A stretch of DNA of 64,000 nt from Leptospiraceae bacterium (GTDB lineage: Bacteria; Spirochaetota; Leptospiria; Leptospirales; Leptonemataceae). Where the stretch lies: contig JAVJNR010000003.1 in the NCBI GenBank assembly GCA_040217195.1, positions 256,001 through 320,000 of the forward strand. Reading direction: 5' to 3'. Position numbers and translations under genes: made by a program. Under the pieces are notes generated by a model, which did not search any database, was not told the origin of the DNA, and saw only the letters and a list, made by a program, of their open reading frames with translations. Positions 10,414 to 19,857 of the stretch are shown piece after piece. The number at the start of each line of letters is the position of its first letter. The stretch's first letter is position 1.

Positions 10414-11034
10414 ATGCAAGATAGAATAACAAGAATCCAGGGAACCATGATTCCCATTTACGGCGAAGATGTGGATACAGACCGAATTATCGCTGCCAGA
10501 TACATGAAAGCCCTGGATTTTAGCCAGCTGGCGAAGTTTGTATTTATCGATGAAAGAGAGTCCTTTTCTGCACGAAATGAAATTCATCCCATGGATGATC
10601 CCAGATACTCAGACGCATCGATTTTGGTAGTGGGACGTAATTTTGGCTGTGGAAGCTCAAGAGAACATGCAGTGCAGGCTTTGAAGCGATGGGGCATCCA
10701 GGCGATCATTGGCGAATCTTTCGGCGAAATCTTTCGCGGAAATAGTGTTTCTGCAGGAATGCCCTGCTTTACAGTCAGTTCCGACCAGAGAGCAGAATTG
10801 CAGAACTGGATTGAAAACCATGCCGGAAGCGAAGTGGAAATTGATTTGCAGAATTCGCAATTACGCTGGGAGAAACAATCCGTATCACTGGAAATGCCAG
10901 ATGGAATGTTAAAGCGATTCACATCCGGCGGTTGGAATGAGTTAGGCAGATTGCGAAATGCAGAGTCATTGATTCAGGGTGTTGCATCTAAATTGCCCTA
11001 TATGCACTGGAAAAAGGAAATGGATGTGGCCTGA
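10414..11034 (+). CDS. leuD: 3-isopropylmalate dehydratase small subunit
   Basis: DVDTDRII and NFGCGSSREHA motifs; AAGGAG RBS before ATG 10414. Confidence 0.95.
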   Translation: MQDRITRIQGTMIPIYGEDVDTDRIIAARYMKALDFSQLAKFVFIDERESFSARNEIHPMDDPRYSDASILVVGRNFGCGSSREHAVQALKRWGIQAIIGESFGEIFRGNSVSAGMPCFTVSSDQRAELQNWIENHAGSEVEIDLQNSQLRWEKQSVSLEMPDGMLKRFTSGGWNELGRLRNAESLIQGVASKLPYMHWKKEMDVA

Positions 11035-11141
11035 GCCATTCATCTAAATCTCATGGGGACCACTTCTTGAACGAGTGGTCCTTTTTTTTATTGATACTAA
11101 CTTTCCTCTGCATTACCCTGAAGGCGGCCATTGGAGGATTC

Positions 11142-11612
11142 ATGCTCACAGTAATTAACACCGTGGTGGCCGGTCTGATTGCCACTCTGGGAATGTCGGT
11201 GGTCATGTACAGTATACATGCCATGGGAGTAGCCAACGCCGATATGATTCGAGCGCTGGGCTCTTTAATCACTCGAACTAAAGAAAAAGCTCTTCCTGCA
11301 GGATTAATCGCTCATCTAATTTCTGGAATGATGTTCGCATTCCCGTATGCAATTATCATCAGCTCCTTTCCTCAAGCTTCAGGTGCTACAGCGCCATCTC
11401 TGGGGGCCCTTCTGGGACTGTTTCATGGATTTGTATTTAGTTTCATAATGATCGCTCTGGTGGCGGAAAACCATCCTTTAGATGAATACAAGAAAGTAGG
11501 AGTTTCGGTGGCCATCGCTCATATAGCCGGTCACGTAGCCTACGGTGTACTGATCGGACTTATGGTCTATTTGCTTCCCATTAGCTATGGCTTTCAGCTG
11601 ACTGTTCAGTAA
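11142..11612 (+). CDS. Four-TM membrane protein with conserved His residues
   Basis: GGAGG RBS; four hydrophobic segments; HVAYG motif. Confidence 0.75.
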   Translation: MLTVINTVVAGLIATLGMSVVMYSIHAMGVANADMIRALGSLITRTKEKALPAGLIAHLISGMMFAFPYAIIISSFPQASGATAPSLGALLGLFHGFVFSFIMIALVAENHPLDEYKKVGVSVAIAHIAGHVAYGVLIGLMVYLLPISYGFQLTVQ

Positions 11613-11714
11613 GCAAAATTCAGTAATAAGAAAGTAGAATTGTAACTACCAGGATGTCATGAAGGCAGAAAGATTTTGCTGGTAGATGAATAATGCAGCA
11701 GCCAGAGTGGGTCG

Positions 11715-12101
11715 GTGAAGCTTACCCTGCGGCTAGCTGCTCTCTATAATCTAACCTGGGGCGCCTACGTTCTATTGTTCCCTCAGAGTTTCTTCCAGAT
11801 TCTGGAAATGGAGCCCATCAATCATGTGGCCATCTGGCAGGGCATGGGCATGGTAATAGGAGTCTACGGTGTTGCCTACTGGTTGGCATCGTATGATCCC
11901 ATCAGACACTGGCCCATAGTTGCAGCCGGATTACTGGGAAAAACTCTGGGTCCGCTGGGTTATGCATACAACGCATTGCAGGGAAATATGGATCCTGCTT
12001 TTGGCTTCACATTACTCACCAATGATTTGATCTGGTGGATTCCTTTTCTATACATCTTAAATCAAGCGAGGAAAAATGGATGGCCTTTAAGAGAAACTTG
12101 A
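11715..12101 (+). CDS. Small integral membrane protein
   Basis: YNLTWG, WQGMGMVIGVYG, GKTLGPLG and TNDLIWWIPF; 4 TM segments. Confidence 0.8.
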   Translation: MKLTLRLAALYNLTWGAYVLLFPQSFFQILEMEPINHVAIWQGMGMVIGVYGVAYWLASYDPIRHWPIVAAGLLGKTLGPLGYAYNALQGNMDPAFGFTLLTNDLIWWIPFLYILNQARKNGWPLRET

Positions 12102-12478
12102 AACTGGCAGGAAGATATCTGCTGGGACTATTCTACATTGCTGCAGGTATCAATCATTTTATTAGCCCGGATTTCTACGTTGCTATCATACCACCCTACT
12201 TCCCTTACCCGGAAGTGATCAACATTCTGGCCGGAGTTGTGGAGATAGCCCTGGGTGCAATGGTATTTGTAAGTTCAACCATGCGCTGGGCCTGCTACGG
12301 CATTCTTGCAATGCTCATCGCCTTTATACCGGTGCATGTTTATTTTATTCAGGTGGGCTCTTGCATCGAAGGCTCCCTGTGCACCCCGGAATGGCTGGGC
12401 TGGGTAAGACTGGTAGTCGTTCATCCATTGTTGCTTCTGTGGGCTTACGGTGTTTCTCGTATCAAACCTACAGATTAA
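12080..12478 (+). CDS. DoxX-family membrane protein
   Basis: AGINHFISPDFYVAIIPPYFP and GVVEIALG motifs. Confidence 0.85.
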   Translation: MAFKRNLKLAGRYLLGLFYIAAGINHFISPDFYVAIIPPYFPYPEVINILAGVVEIALGAMVFVSSTMRWACYGILAMLIAFIPVHVYFIQVGSCIEGSLCTPEWLGWVRLVVVHPLLLLWAYGVSRIKPTD

Positions 12479-12505
12479 GCGCCGTACTATCGAATACACT
12501 GAGAG

Positions 12506-13588
12506 TTATTTCTGGCCTGACGCTACTTTGGCGCAAGAGCTAAAGGCCAGCTCTTCGATTGCATCTCGAAATACATTACCTTTCAAAAGGACGGCCGAAA
12601 CATGCCCTCCAGGTACGGTTCGTAACAGTGAACCTTTCCAGTGTTCATGCAATGCTCGAACCGATCGATAGGGCACATAGCCATCCTGATGAGCACCCAC
12701 TAGAATAGCCCTGGATGGATCCCTGGGGGCTGCATAGTTGCGAAGATCGGCCACTGACATTAAGCGATAAAGCCTTCGCTTAGCAATAGATGTATTGGCC
12801 GGCACATCTTGATCTATAAAGGATACCTGCTCCGAAATTACCCCTCCGAAGAATTGCGCAAGCTCGGGCGCAAGCCGTTGCCAGTCCACGCGATTGGAAA
12901 GTGCACCATAGCAAAACGCAGGCCCTGGACCTACGGGAGCAATGCAGGCAGCCACAGAAACTGCCAGTTCTGAAGATGCAGCCACCGATGCAGCCATAGC
13001 ACCGCCCATGCTTACTCCTGTAACGCCCAGGTTCGTATAACCCAATTCATTCAGCCACTTCAGTAGGGACAGTCCCTCTAAAATGGTAGCCTGATTCATC
13101 TTGAATTGATCGCTTACTGTTTCTATTACGAAATCCTTCTGATCCGCTGGCCTGCGTCTGCCATAATAGGGGTTTTCCAGGATAACAGAGGCGATCCCTT
13201 TTCGTGCAAGAGGCTCGGCCAATAGCATTCTGCGAGGCAATGTGCTTTCATCGCCGGTGGCGGCGAAATGGATAAAGATTGGAATATCCTTTCCGGGATG
13301 ACCGGCACCGGATTCAGGCAGGGTCATTTCGATATAGGCAGTCTTACTTTCTTCGGGCAACCAGGAAGCCGGGCTACTAAAACTGGCCAATCTTCGAACA
13401 AATCCGGGGCCCTTTTGCTCACTTTCAATTGTAACCCGGGCCGAAGAAACCTGGGAAGTTACTGGCAGGCTTCGAAGAAAATCCTGATCCCCCAGGCCAT
13501 CTGAGAAAAACATTCTGGGACTTGCCATCCTGGAAACAAGATGATCCAGTCCATTCCATAGTTTGTTTACATTAAGCATTCTATTCAC
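12506..13588 (-). CDS. Alpha/beta hydrolase, ABHD18/DUF2048-like
   Basis: ATGDE, LENPYYGRRRP, GVSMGG nucleophile elbow, DGYVP and GGHVSA. Confidence 0.85.
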   Translation of the reverse strand: MNRMLNVNKLWNGLDHLVSRMASPRMFFSDGLGDQDFLRSLPVTSQVSSARVTIESEQKGPGFVRRLASFSSPASWLPEESKTAYIEMTLPESGAGHPGKDIPIFIHFAATGDESTLPRRMLLAEPLARKGIASVILENPYYGRRRPADQKDFVIETVSDQFKMNQATILEGLSLLKWLNELGYTNLGVTGVSMGGAMAASVAASSELAVSVAACIAPVGPGPAFCYGALSNRVDWQRLAPELAQFFGGVISEQVSFIDQDVPANTSIAKRRLYRLMSVADLRNYAAPRDPSRAILVGAHQDGYVPYRSVRALHEHWKGSLLRTVPGGHVSAVLLKGNVFRDAIEELAFSSCAKVASGQK

Positions 13589-13706
13589 CTTTTCCCGGTC
13601 AGGTTTCCTGGTTTGCTTTGCCGGCTTGCATTACCCTGGTCTTTGCTTTTCTGTGCCAATTAGTTCTACCAGGAAGTATACCTGTTGCATTCTATATTAC
13701 TGAGGT

Positions 13707-14183
13707 CTATTTTCGAGCAGGCATTCGAAAGACCTGGAATTGAGACGTTGCCCTGGCCACAATTTTACCTCTTTCATCGCTGGCCACTGCTTCCATTATC
13801 ATGTTTGTCCTGCTTCGGCTAAGCACAGTTGCAGTAACGAATAGCCTCTTTCCTGCTGCAATACCGCGCACATAGTCCAGATTCATGGACAAAGTGACGG
13901 CCGCCCCTCCGGAGACCAGTAGAGAAAGTGGTCCCATTGTATTGTCAATGGCTGCAGCAATCATTCCTCCCTGCATTCTATGCATGGGATTGTTATACTC
14001 TTCTTTGACAGGAAAGGAGGCACGAAGGCTTTTTCCCGGCTGGTAGGACTCGATCTTAGCTTCCATAAACCGGAACACAGCCGGAGGTATCTCCAGCCCC
14101 TGGGCCTCTGCCTCCGGGGCCGCAGCCTTCAACTGCTCAAGAATGGCCGATTCCTCGATAATTACATCCTGCTGAGTTTCCAT
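13707..14183 (-). CDS. PaaI-family (hotdog) thioesterase
   Basis: NPMHRMQGGMIAAAIDNTMG motif. Confidence 0.9.
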   Translation of the reverse strand: METQQDVIIEESAILEQLKAAAPEAEAQGLEIPPAVFRFMEAKIESYQPGKSLRASFPVKEEYNNPMHRMQGGMIAAAIDNTMGPLSLLVSGGAAVTLSMNLDYVRGIAAGKRLFVTATVLSRSRTNMIMEAVASDERGKIVARATSQFQVFRMPARK

Positions 14184-14234
14184 AGCCTTCCTCCCATTGC
14201 CCTGGGCTTACCCTGATCGGTTGCCCGGGAGCCC

Positions 14235-14298
14235 AATGTTAATTGCATTAACATTCATAACCAGAAAAACACCGCCCAATGTTAACGGCCATAACATT
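14235..14298. promoter_or_regulatory. Two palindromic operators (AATGTTAA-N5-WTAACATT), probable TetR sites
   Basis: AATGTTAAttgcaTTAACATT at 14235-14255 and AATGTTAAcggccATAACATT at 14278-14298, between the divergent thioesterase and tetR genes. Confidence 0.8.
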
Positions 14299-14337
14299 TT
14301 TTACTGACCATTGAGAGAATTCTATCATTCTGGAGAT

Positions 14338-14985
14338 ATGGCCGATTCAGCCCAGAAACCCGACTCCTACCACCATGGTGCTTTAAAGAATGCCTTGCTG
14401 GAAAGCGGAGTGCAGATCATTCAATTGGAAGGTATCCATGGTCTCACCTTGAGCAAAGTGGCCCGAAAACAGGGCGTTAGTGCAGCGGCCGTATACAGGC
14501 ATTATGAATCCAAAGAAGCGTTGCTGGCCGCCATTGCGGCCCAGGGTTTCGACGCTTTGAGAGAAGCTCTGGATCAGAATCTCTCGAAGCCCATTGCAGA
14601 TACCAGGGTCTTCTTTAGACGATGCGTGGAAGCATACGTAGATCTCGCTCTATCCAGGCCCCGACATTACGATCTAATGTTTGGAGGAATCATTCCCGAT
14701 CAATCCCGATATCCAGAACTATACAGAGCCGGCCAATCTGCATTCCAAAGATTAATAGAATCCATTCGCATTTGCCAGAGACGAGGTTTGTTTCGAAAGA
14801 GAAAGCCCATCATCATGGCCTTTCATGTCTGGAGCACCATGCATGGTTTCGCAATGCTCCACAATTCAGGGCAGAATCCGTTGCAGCCCCGGGAAACAGC
14901 CGATCTTCGCAGCCAGATTGGATTGATGGTTCAACTACTACGAAGAGGACTGGATGTGGATGCAGGAAGAGGACCCATCGCTTGA
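14338..14985 (+). CDS. TetR/AcrR-family regulator (WHG-type C-terminus)
   Basis: YHHGALKNALL, GVSAAAVYRHY and WSTMHG motifs. Confidence 0.93.
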   Translation: MADSAQKPDSYHHGALKNALLESGVQIIQLEGIHGLTLSKVARKQGVSAAAVYRHYESKEALLAAIAAQGFDALREALDQNLSKPIADTRVFFRRCVEAYVDLALSRPRHYDLMFGGIIPDQSRYPELYRAGQSAFQRLIESIRICQRRGLFRKRKPIIMAFHVWSTMHGFAMLHNSGQNPLQPRETADLRSQIGLMVQLLRRGLDVDAGRGPIA

Positions 14986-16169
14986 ATTTAAAGTTAATAA
15001 AAATTCGCATTTCCGGAGCTCTTTCTAGATTGCATCCGTCCAGGGCGGTAAGCGCGATACTGGCATTCCTTTCTGACCGAAAGACAGGCATCTTTTCAGT
15101 AATACGACCGCAATTTCCGCTAATCCTTTCGCTTCTAATTGTGGCAGTACTGCCGGGCTGTTTCACCATTGTAGCATGGATGATTCGTCCCTCCCATTCT
15201 TTTGAGGAAGAAAAAGCTACCGCTGCCCCGGATTACTCTATAATTGAATTCTGGGCAGCCTCCCCTGACAAGACAGATGAAGCCGATCATGTACCTAATC
15301 ATTCAGGACTAAGCGATTTACAGTCTTCAGCAAAGGTGGATGTATTTTTTGTACATCCAACCAGCTACCTGGGCCAGACCTGGAATGCAGATGCATCTAC
15401 TTACCGCACGCAAACATCAGATACGGATGTTATTCGGCAAGCCTCTGTATTCAATGGTGCAGCAAGGATATTCGCACCCAGGTACAGGCAGGCCACCATG
15501 GGAACGTTTGTTGACCTGGACAGCCCGGATAGCAATAAGGCATTGGATCGAGCTTACTCGGATGTCCGCCGTGCATTTCTTTATTATCTGGAACATATGA
15601 ATCAGGGGCGCCCCTACATCCTGGCAGGACACAGTCAGGGCGCCTTTATGGTTCTTCGCTTGATGCAGGAATTTCTGGATCAACCGATTACGCGAAGGGA
15701 TGAGCGTTTCATTGTATCCTACGCACCCGGAGCAGCAATCTACACTGATCAATTTCGCAATTTAAAGCCATGCAATTCTCCAGAGCAATTGAGCTGTTAT
15801 ATTTCCTGGAACTCCAGAGTCTGGGGTGTTGAGATCCAGGGAGCGAAGGATGTAAATGCAAGACTAAAGGACAGTGTTTGCATTAATCCAGTAAGCTGGC
15901 GCAGATCCGATGAAACTAGCAATCGGAAGGATCATCTGGGAAGTATTCGCAAAGATTTCCAGACTCTGGATACTCAGTTTCTGGAAGCCAGATGCCAGAA
16001 TTCCATTCTCTGGGTTCGCCTGAAAAATTCGGAGCTATATCAATCCAGTTTCCAGAAAAATAATCTGCACCCTATGGATATGAATCTGTTTTATCTGGAT
16101 TTGCGAAAGAATGCCCGGGTCAGGATTTCTGCCCATCAATCAAAGCATCCGGGCTATTACACAGATTAA
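14982..16169 (+). CDS. DUF3089-family alpha/beta hydrolase lipoprotein (start uncertain)
   Basis: DVFFVHPTSY, FAPRYRQAT, LAGHSQG and CINPVSW; lipobox-like LPGC; a TTG overlaps the tetR stop. Confidence 0.85.
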   Translation: MNLKLIKIRISGALSRLHPSRAVSAILAFLSDRKTGIFSVIRPQFPLILSLLIVAVLPGCFTIVAWMIRPSHSFEEEKATAAPDYSIIEFWAASPDKTDEADHVPNHSGLSDLQSSAKVDVFFVHPTSYLGQTWNADASTYRTQTSDTDVIRQASVFNGAARIFAPRYRQATMGTFVDLDSPDSNKALDRAYSDVRRAFLYYLEHMNQGRPYILAGHSQGAFMVLRLMQEFLDQPITRRDERFIVSYAPGAAIYTDQFRNLKPCNSPEQLSCYISWNSRVWGVEIQGAKDVNARLKDSVCINPVSWRRSDETSNRKDHLGSIRKDFQTLDTQFLEARCQNSILWVRLKNSELYQSSFQKNNLHPMDMNLFYLDLRKNARVRISAHQSKHPGYYTD

Positions 16170-16286
16170 GGCAAGCCACAGAGCGACTACAAAGACGTAC
16201 CGTCCCATCAGGGCCACTACGCGGCCCAACTAGAGCACTACGGCCACGAAAAAGAATAACGGCCGCAGACCAGCTACCACACCGAC

Positions 16287-16360
16287 TACCCAGGGCATCA
16301 AGGTCGCCGCACGAGTTACCCAGGGCATCAAGGTCGCCGCACGGGTTACCCAGGGCATCA
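16287..16360. repeat. 30-bp tandem repeat, about 2.5 copies
   Basis: TACCCAGGGCATCAAGGTCGCCGCACG(A/G)GT repeated in an intergenic region. Confidence 0.9.
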
Positions 16361-16545
16361 TGTCCACGACATAGAGTGTCTGAGACAACCGGGCCAATAC
16401 ACAGGGTTACTGAATGATTCCGCGGAAGGGGAAGCTCGGGTATTTTATGCAGACCCGATCATATATTTTTTCCGTAACCGATTTGCACTACGAGACACTA
16501 ACTTAAGGTATTGGCCAGAATGATTTTTCTGTAAGGGAGTGCATT

Positions 16546-17271
16546 ATGAATACGCCAGTGGAAGTGCGAAAAACGTTACATCGATCCTCCAGCCGAGGAG
16601 GTGCCAATTTTGGATGGCTACAGAGCAGACATACTTTCAGTTTTGGAAATTACTTTGATGCAGAGAGAGTAAACTTTGGTGCATTGAGGGTGCTCAACGA
16701 TGATCAAGTAGCCCCGGCAGCAGGATTCCCAACGCATCCCCATGATAACATGGAAATCGTAAGCATTCCCTTGAGCGGAGCCCTGGAACACAAAGATACA
16801 ACAGGTACCGACGGGATAATTCGAACGGGAGATGTGCAGATTATGTCTGCAGGGACCGGAATCGCTCATTCCGAGTTCAATCATTCCAGCGAAGAAGCAG
16901 TGAAGTTTTTGCAGATCTGGGTCCTTCCCAAAAAGAGAGATATCCATCCCAGGTATGATCAGAAGGCTTTTCTTAGCGAGGATCGCAAGAACCGATTCCA
17001 GCTTATGGTCTCGCCAGATGAATCAGAAAGTACTCTCTGGATCAATCAGAATGCATATTTCTCCATGGCGGACCTGGATAAAGGAATGACCATCGATTAT
17101 GCGATGAGTGATACTTCCAACGGAGCCTATTTCTTTATCATCGAAGGATCGGCCAACGTAGGTGAAGAAATCCTGGAATACAGGGATGGACTGGGCCTGT
17201 ATGGTGCACCCTCTGTTTCCATCCGGGCCACAGCACCCACAAGTATCCTGGCGATTGAAGTGCCAATGTAG
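16546..17271 (+). CDS. Pirin-family protein (YhhW-like)
   Basis: WLQSRHTFSF, FGALRVLNDD, GFPTHPHDNMEI and MSAGTGIAHSE. Confidence 0.95.
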   Translation: MNTPVEVRKTLHRSSSRGGANFGWLQSRHTFSFGNYFDAERVNFGALRVLNDDQVAPAAGFPTHPHDNMEIVSIPLSGALEHKDTTGTDGIIRTGDVQIMSAGTGIAHSEFNHSSEEAVKFLQIWVLPKKRDIHPRYDQKAFLSEDRKNRFQLMVSPDESESTLWINQNAYFSMADLDKGMTIDYAMSDTSNGAYFFIIEGSANVGEEILEYRDGLGLYGAPSVSIRATAPTSILAIEVPM

Positions 17272-17402
17272 GGAGTAGCTGCAGGCGCGCCCGGGGAAGT
17301 GTCCATGAGCCAGGATCCCACTGGATGCCGCCGACTATCCGCATAGTGCTGACGGCGGGCATGGCCCGGGCCTGCGGGGGCCGTATCGCATTACGGAAAA
17401 CC

Positions 17403-17957
17403 CTATTTTCCGGAGGCACGCAGCTTCCGGACGTAGAGCTCTTTTTTCACCAGGGCTACAACTTCGCCCTGCTCTCCTTTAATTTCCACCTCATAATGGC
17501 GGATGCTCTTTCGCTCTTTTTCAACTGTGCGCTTGATTTCTTCCAGTTCTTCTCTGGAAATATGAAAGACCGCATGCACCTCTCCAGTGCCCGGACGAAT
17601 AAAATCTATGGAGGCCCCTTTGTCCCAGACCATGTACTGCGGCCCCAGGTTACGAATTAGAAGTGCCATGTAGAACGGATCACACATGGAGTACAGAGAT
17701 CCACCGAACTGTGTACCTACATAGTTGGTATTACTTAGTTCCAGAGGCATTCGCACCTCGATTGTATAATCGTCAATGATACGGGGACGAATGGATGCTC
17801 CGCGATAGGGACCAAAGAAATCAAAGCTTTCTTCGAAGCCGTAGGTATCTTGAAGAAACCTCCAGAGCGGATGCACCTCAAAACTCAGTCGACCGGATCT
17901 AGAATTCTTCTCGGATGACTCTTCCTGATTCGATTTTTCCTGGTTCGAATTTGCCAT
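17403..17957 (-). CDS. DUF4442/YiiD-like hotdog-fold protein
   Basis: NTNYVGTQFGGSLYSMCDPFY and VWDKGASIDF. Confidence 0.88.
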   Translation of the reverse strand: MANSNQEKSNQEESSEKNSRSGRLSFEVHPLWRFLQDTYGFEESFDFFGPYRGASIRPRIIDDYTIEVRMPLELSNTNYVGTQFGGSLYSMCDPFYMALLIRNLGPQYMVWDKGASIDFIRPGTGEVHAVFHISREELEEIKRTVEKERKSIRHYEVEIKGEQGEVVALVKKELYVRKLRASGK

Positions 17958-18346
17958 TCATCCAGTTGCTGAATCCGACCAAAAAAGGCCAGCGCAATAG
18001 TAGAGCCCCATACCCATCCGCCTTTCCAACGACCTCTATTTCGAACTTCTCAGATTGCCCGGACCGTTTCTGCCGTCAAAGTTCCAGACAAACCGTCCGA
18101 AAGGGCCCGAGCCAATGGAAAAGCGAAACCAGCAAGCAGGCTGGAAAGGCACCGAACTGGATCACTCGAATCCAGCAATCCTACCCTACTACCTCCGGTG
18201 GGACTACTCGGGAACATCCCGGCCTTTGGCTGCGCTCTTTTCGTCTAAGATCCGCAATGCAGTCAGAAATTTTGCCTTTTCCGGTGGGCCTGCTCGCAGG
18301 ACAGAGTTGACAAAGGGGCCGGTCCACAGAATTTTGCCTCTGACAC

Positions 18347-18419
18347 TCCCCTGTAGCTCAGTTGGTAGAGCAGTTGACTGTTAATCAATTGGTCGTAGGT
18401 TCGAGTCCTACCGGGGGAG
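18347..18419 (+). tRNA. tRNA-Asn (GTT), CCA not encoded
   Basis: Cloverleaf with TCCCCTG/CGGGGGA acceptor stem, GCTC-AGTTGGTA-GAGC D arm, GTTGA-CTGTTAA-TCAAT anticodon arm and GTAGG-TTCGAGT-CCTAC T arm. TTGACA lies upstream at 18307. Confidence 0.98.
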
Positions 18420-18771
18420 CAAATCTTCACGTCTAGCGTGAAGATTTGCTGTGAACAACAGAAAGACGAAGTCTTTCGACTGTTTCCTTCGATGCGTCTT
18501 GCCGCATCGAATTGCTATGAACAAGAAGCGCCGAGAGGCGCTTTTCTTGTTTTCGTGAGCCGGAGGCTCAACGAATTGCTATGAACAAACGGGAGACGGA
18601 GTCTCCCTTCTGCTTTTCTCAGCCGAAGACTGAAAGATTTGCTTTGAACGTAGAGTCGCACCAGCGACTCTACAGCTTCCTTCAGCCGAAGGCTGAAAGA
18701 TTTGCTTTGAATAAGAAAGCCGCGAGAGCGGCTTTTTCTGTTTCTGCACCTAACGGGGTTCCCTAACGGGG
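18418..18771. repeat. Five-unit structured array (TTGCTnTGAAY motif plus two variable hairpins per unit)
   Basis: Motif starts at 18446, 18512, 18576, 18639 and 18702 (63-66 bp period); stems differ in sequence but all pair. Confidence 0.88.
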
Positions 18772-18781
18772 ACTCATCCCT

Positions 18782-19726
18782 TCATTGGTAGAGCGCCCGA
18801 ATCCTTTCGGCTGCTTGATGCATCCGGTGTCGCAGATTGAGCGGCTCTATTACTTCGATGGCCGTTCCAAAAGGCATTAGAATGGCAACGGCACGGTCCG
18901 CTTCCAACAGGTCCGCATCTACCTCGACCCATTCCTTGTTTCGCCCCAACTCTGTGATCTCCACATAAGGTAAGCTCATCAGCCAATCCAGATAGTCACC
19001 GCGAACTTTGAGCCTTGCCCTAAAATTGGGAAACCCATGGATGAGATCTCGTGTGCTTTCGGCCCAGTATCGCTCCAGATCAAATTCCACAGGTATCTGC
19101 CCGGTTTCGGGTAGTATTCGCGTATTAGTCATCCGGGACAGGCGATAGATTCTATTGGAGCGATTGTATCGCGCCACCAGATACCAGGTTTTGCCCTTTA
19201 GCACCAGGCCCAGTGGCATCACCGTCCGTTTGCGGCTTCTCTCTTTTGCGAAGTACGTAAATGAAAGCTTCTTATCAGCCACCAGGGCTTCCTGGACCGG
19301 CTCGAGCGCCTCCGGACGAGTGGTGGTCTCTCCCCAGCCCGCAGTATCGATATGGATCTTGCGATGTGCGGATCGGACCTGATCCTGAACCGCAACAGGC
19401 ATGGAGGCAAGGAGCTTCAGAATGGCGGAGTCGAAATCCTGCTGGCGCCCCAGTTCCCGGGCTATGAAACCGCTATGGCTCAATAGTAGAGATAGGGCTT
19501 CCTTCTGCTTCATGCCAGTCAGATTTGTCCGATAACCTTCGCTCAGTTCCCACCCTCCAGTGCTACCCCGTTCCGCATACACCGGCACACCGGCCGCGGA
19601 CAATGCTTCCATGTCGCGGTGAATGGTCCGTTCGCTGACCTCCAGCTTCTCAGCAAGCACCCTGCCCGAGGTGCGGCCGTGGGATTGTAAATGCATCAAA
19701 ATGGCGATTAGTCGGTCAGCTCTCAT
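18782..19726 (-). CDS. YafY-like wHTH-WYL-WCX transcriptional regulator
   Basis: MRADRLIAIL...LEVSERTIHRDMEALSAAGVPV HTH; PLGLVLKGKTWYLVA and RIYRLSRM WYL motifs. Confidence 0.95.
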   Translation of the reverse strand: MRADRLIAILMHLQSHGRTSGRVLAEKLEVSERTIHRDMEALSAAGVPVYAERGSTGGWELSEGYRTNLTGMKQKEALSLLLSHSGFIARELGRQQDFDSAILKLLASMPVAVQDQVRSAHRKIHIDTAGWGETTTRPEALEPVQEALVADKKLSFTYFAKERSRKRTVMPLGLVLKGKTWYLVARYNRSNRIYRLSRMTNTRILPETGQIPVEFDLERYWAESTRDLIHGFPNFRARLKVRGDYLDWLMSLPYVEITELGRNKEWVEVDADLLEADRAVAILMPFGTAIEVIEPLNLRHRMHQAAERIRALYQ

Positions 19727-19744
19727 GATTCCTCGGGGGAGATA

Positions 19745-19836
19745 ATATGACAGAATATGACATATTCGGCATCAAGGAATCAAAAAAAGCTCGGGAGGTG
19801 AAAAACTGCAGCAATATATGACACTAGCTGACATAT
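19745..19836. promoter_or_regulatory. Two ATATGACA-N5-TGACATAT sites, probable WYL-regulator operators
   Basis: Sites at 19745-19765 and 19816-19836 in the divergent intergenic region; both are near-palindromic with the same mismatch. Confidence 0.75.
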
Positions 19837-19857
19837 ATATACTATAAACTGGGCGTT

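Noticed and set aside
14622..14981. N-terminal extension of the DUF3089 ORF
   Set aside because: It overlaps tetR in another frame; the real start is downstream.
18446..18745. CRISPR or TIGR guide array
   Set aside because: The conserved motif is only about 11 bp and the variable parts are self-complementary hairpins, not free spacers. No cas or Nop-domain gene is adjacent.
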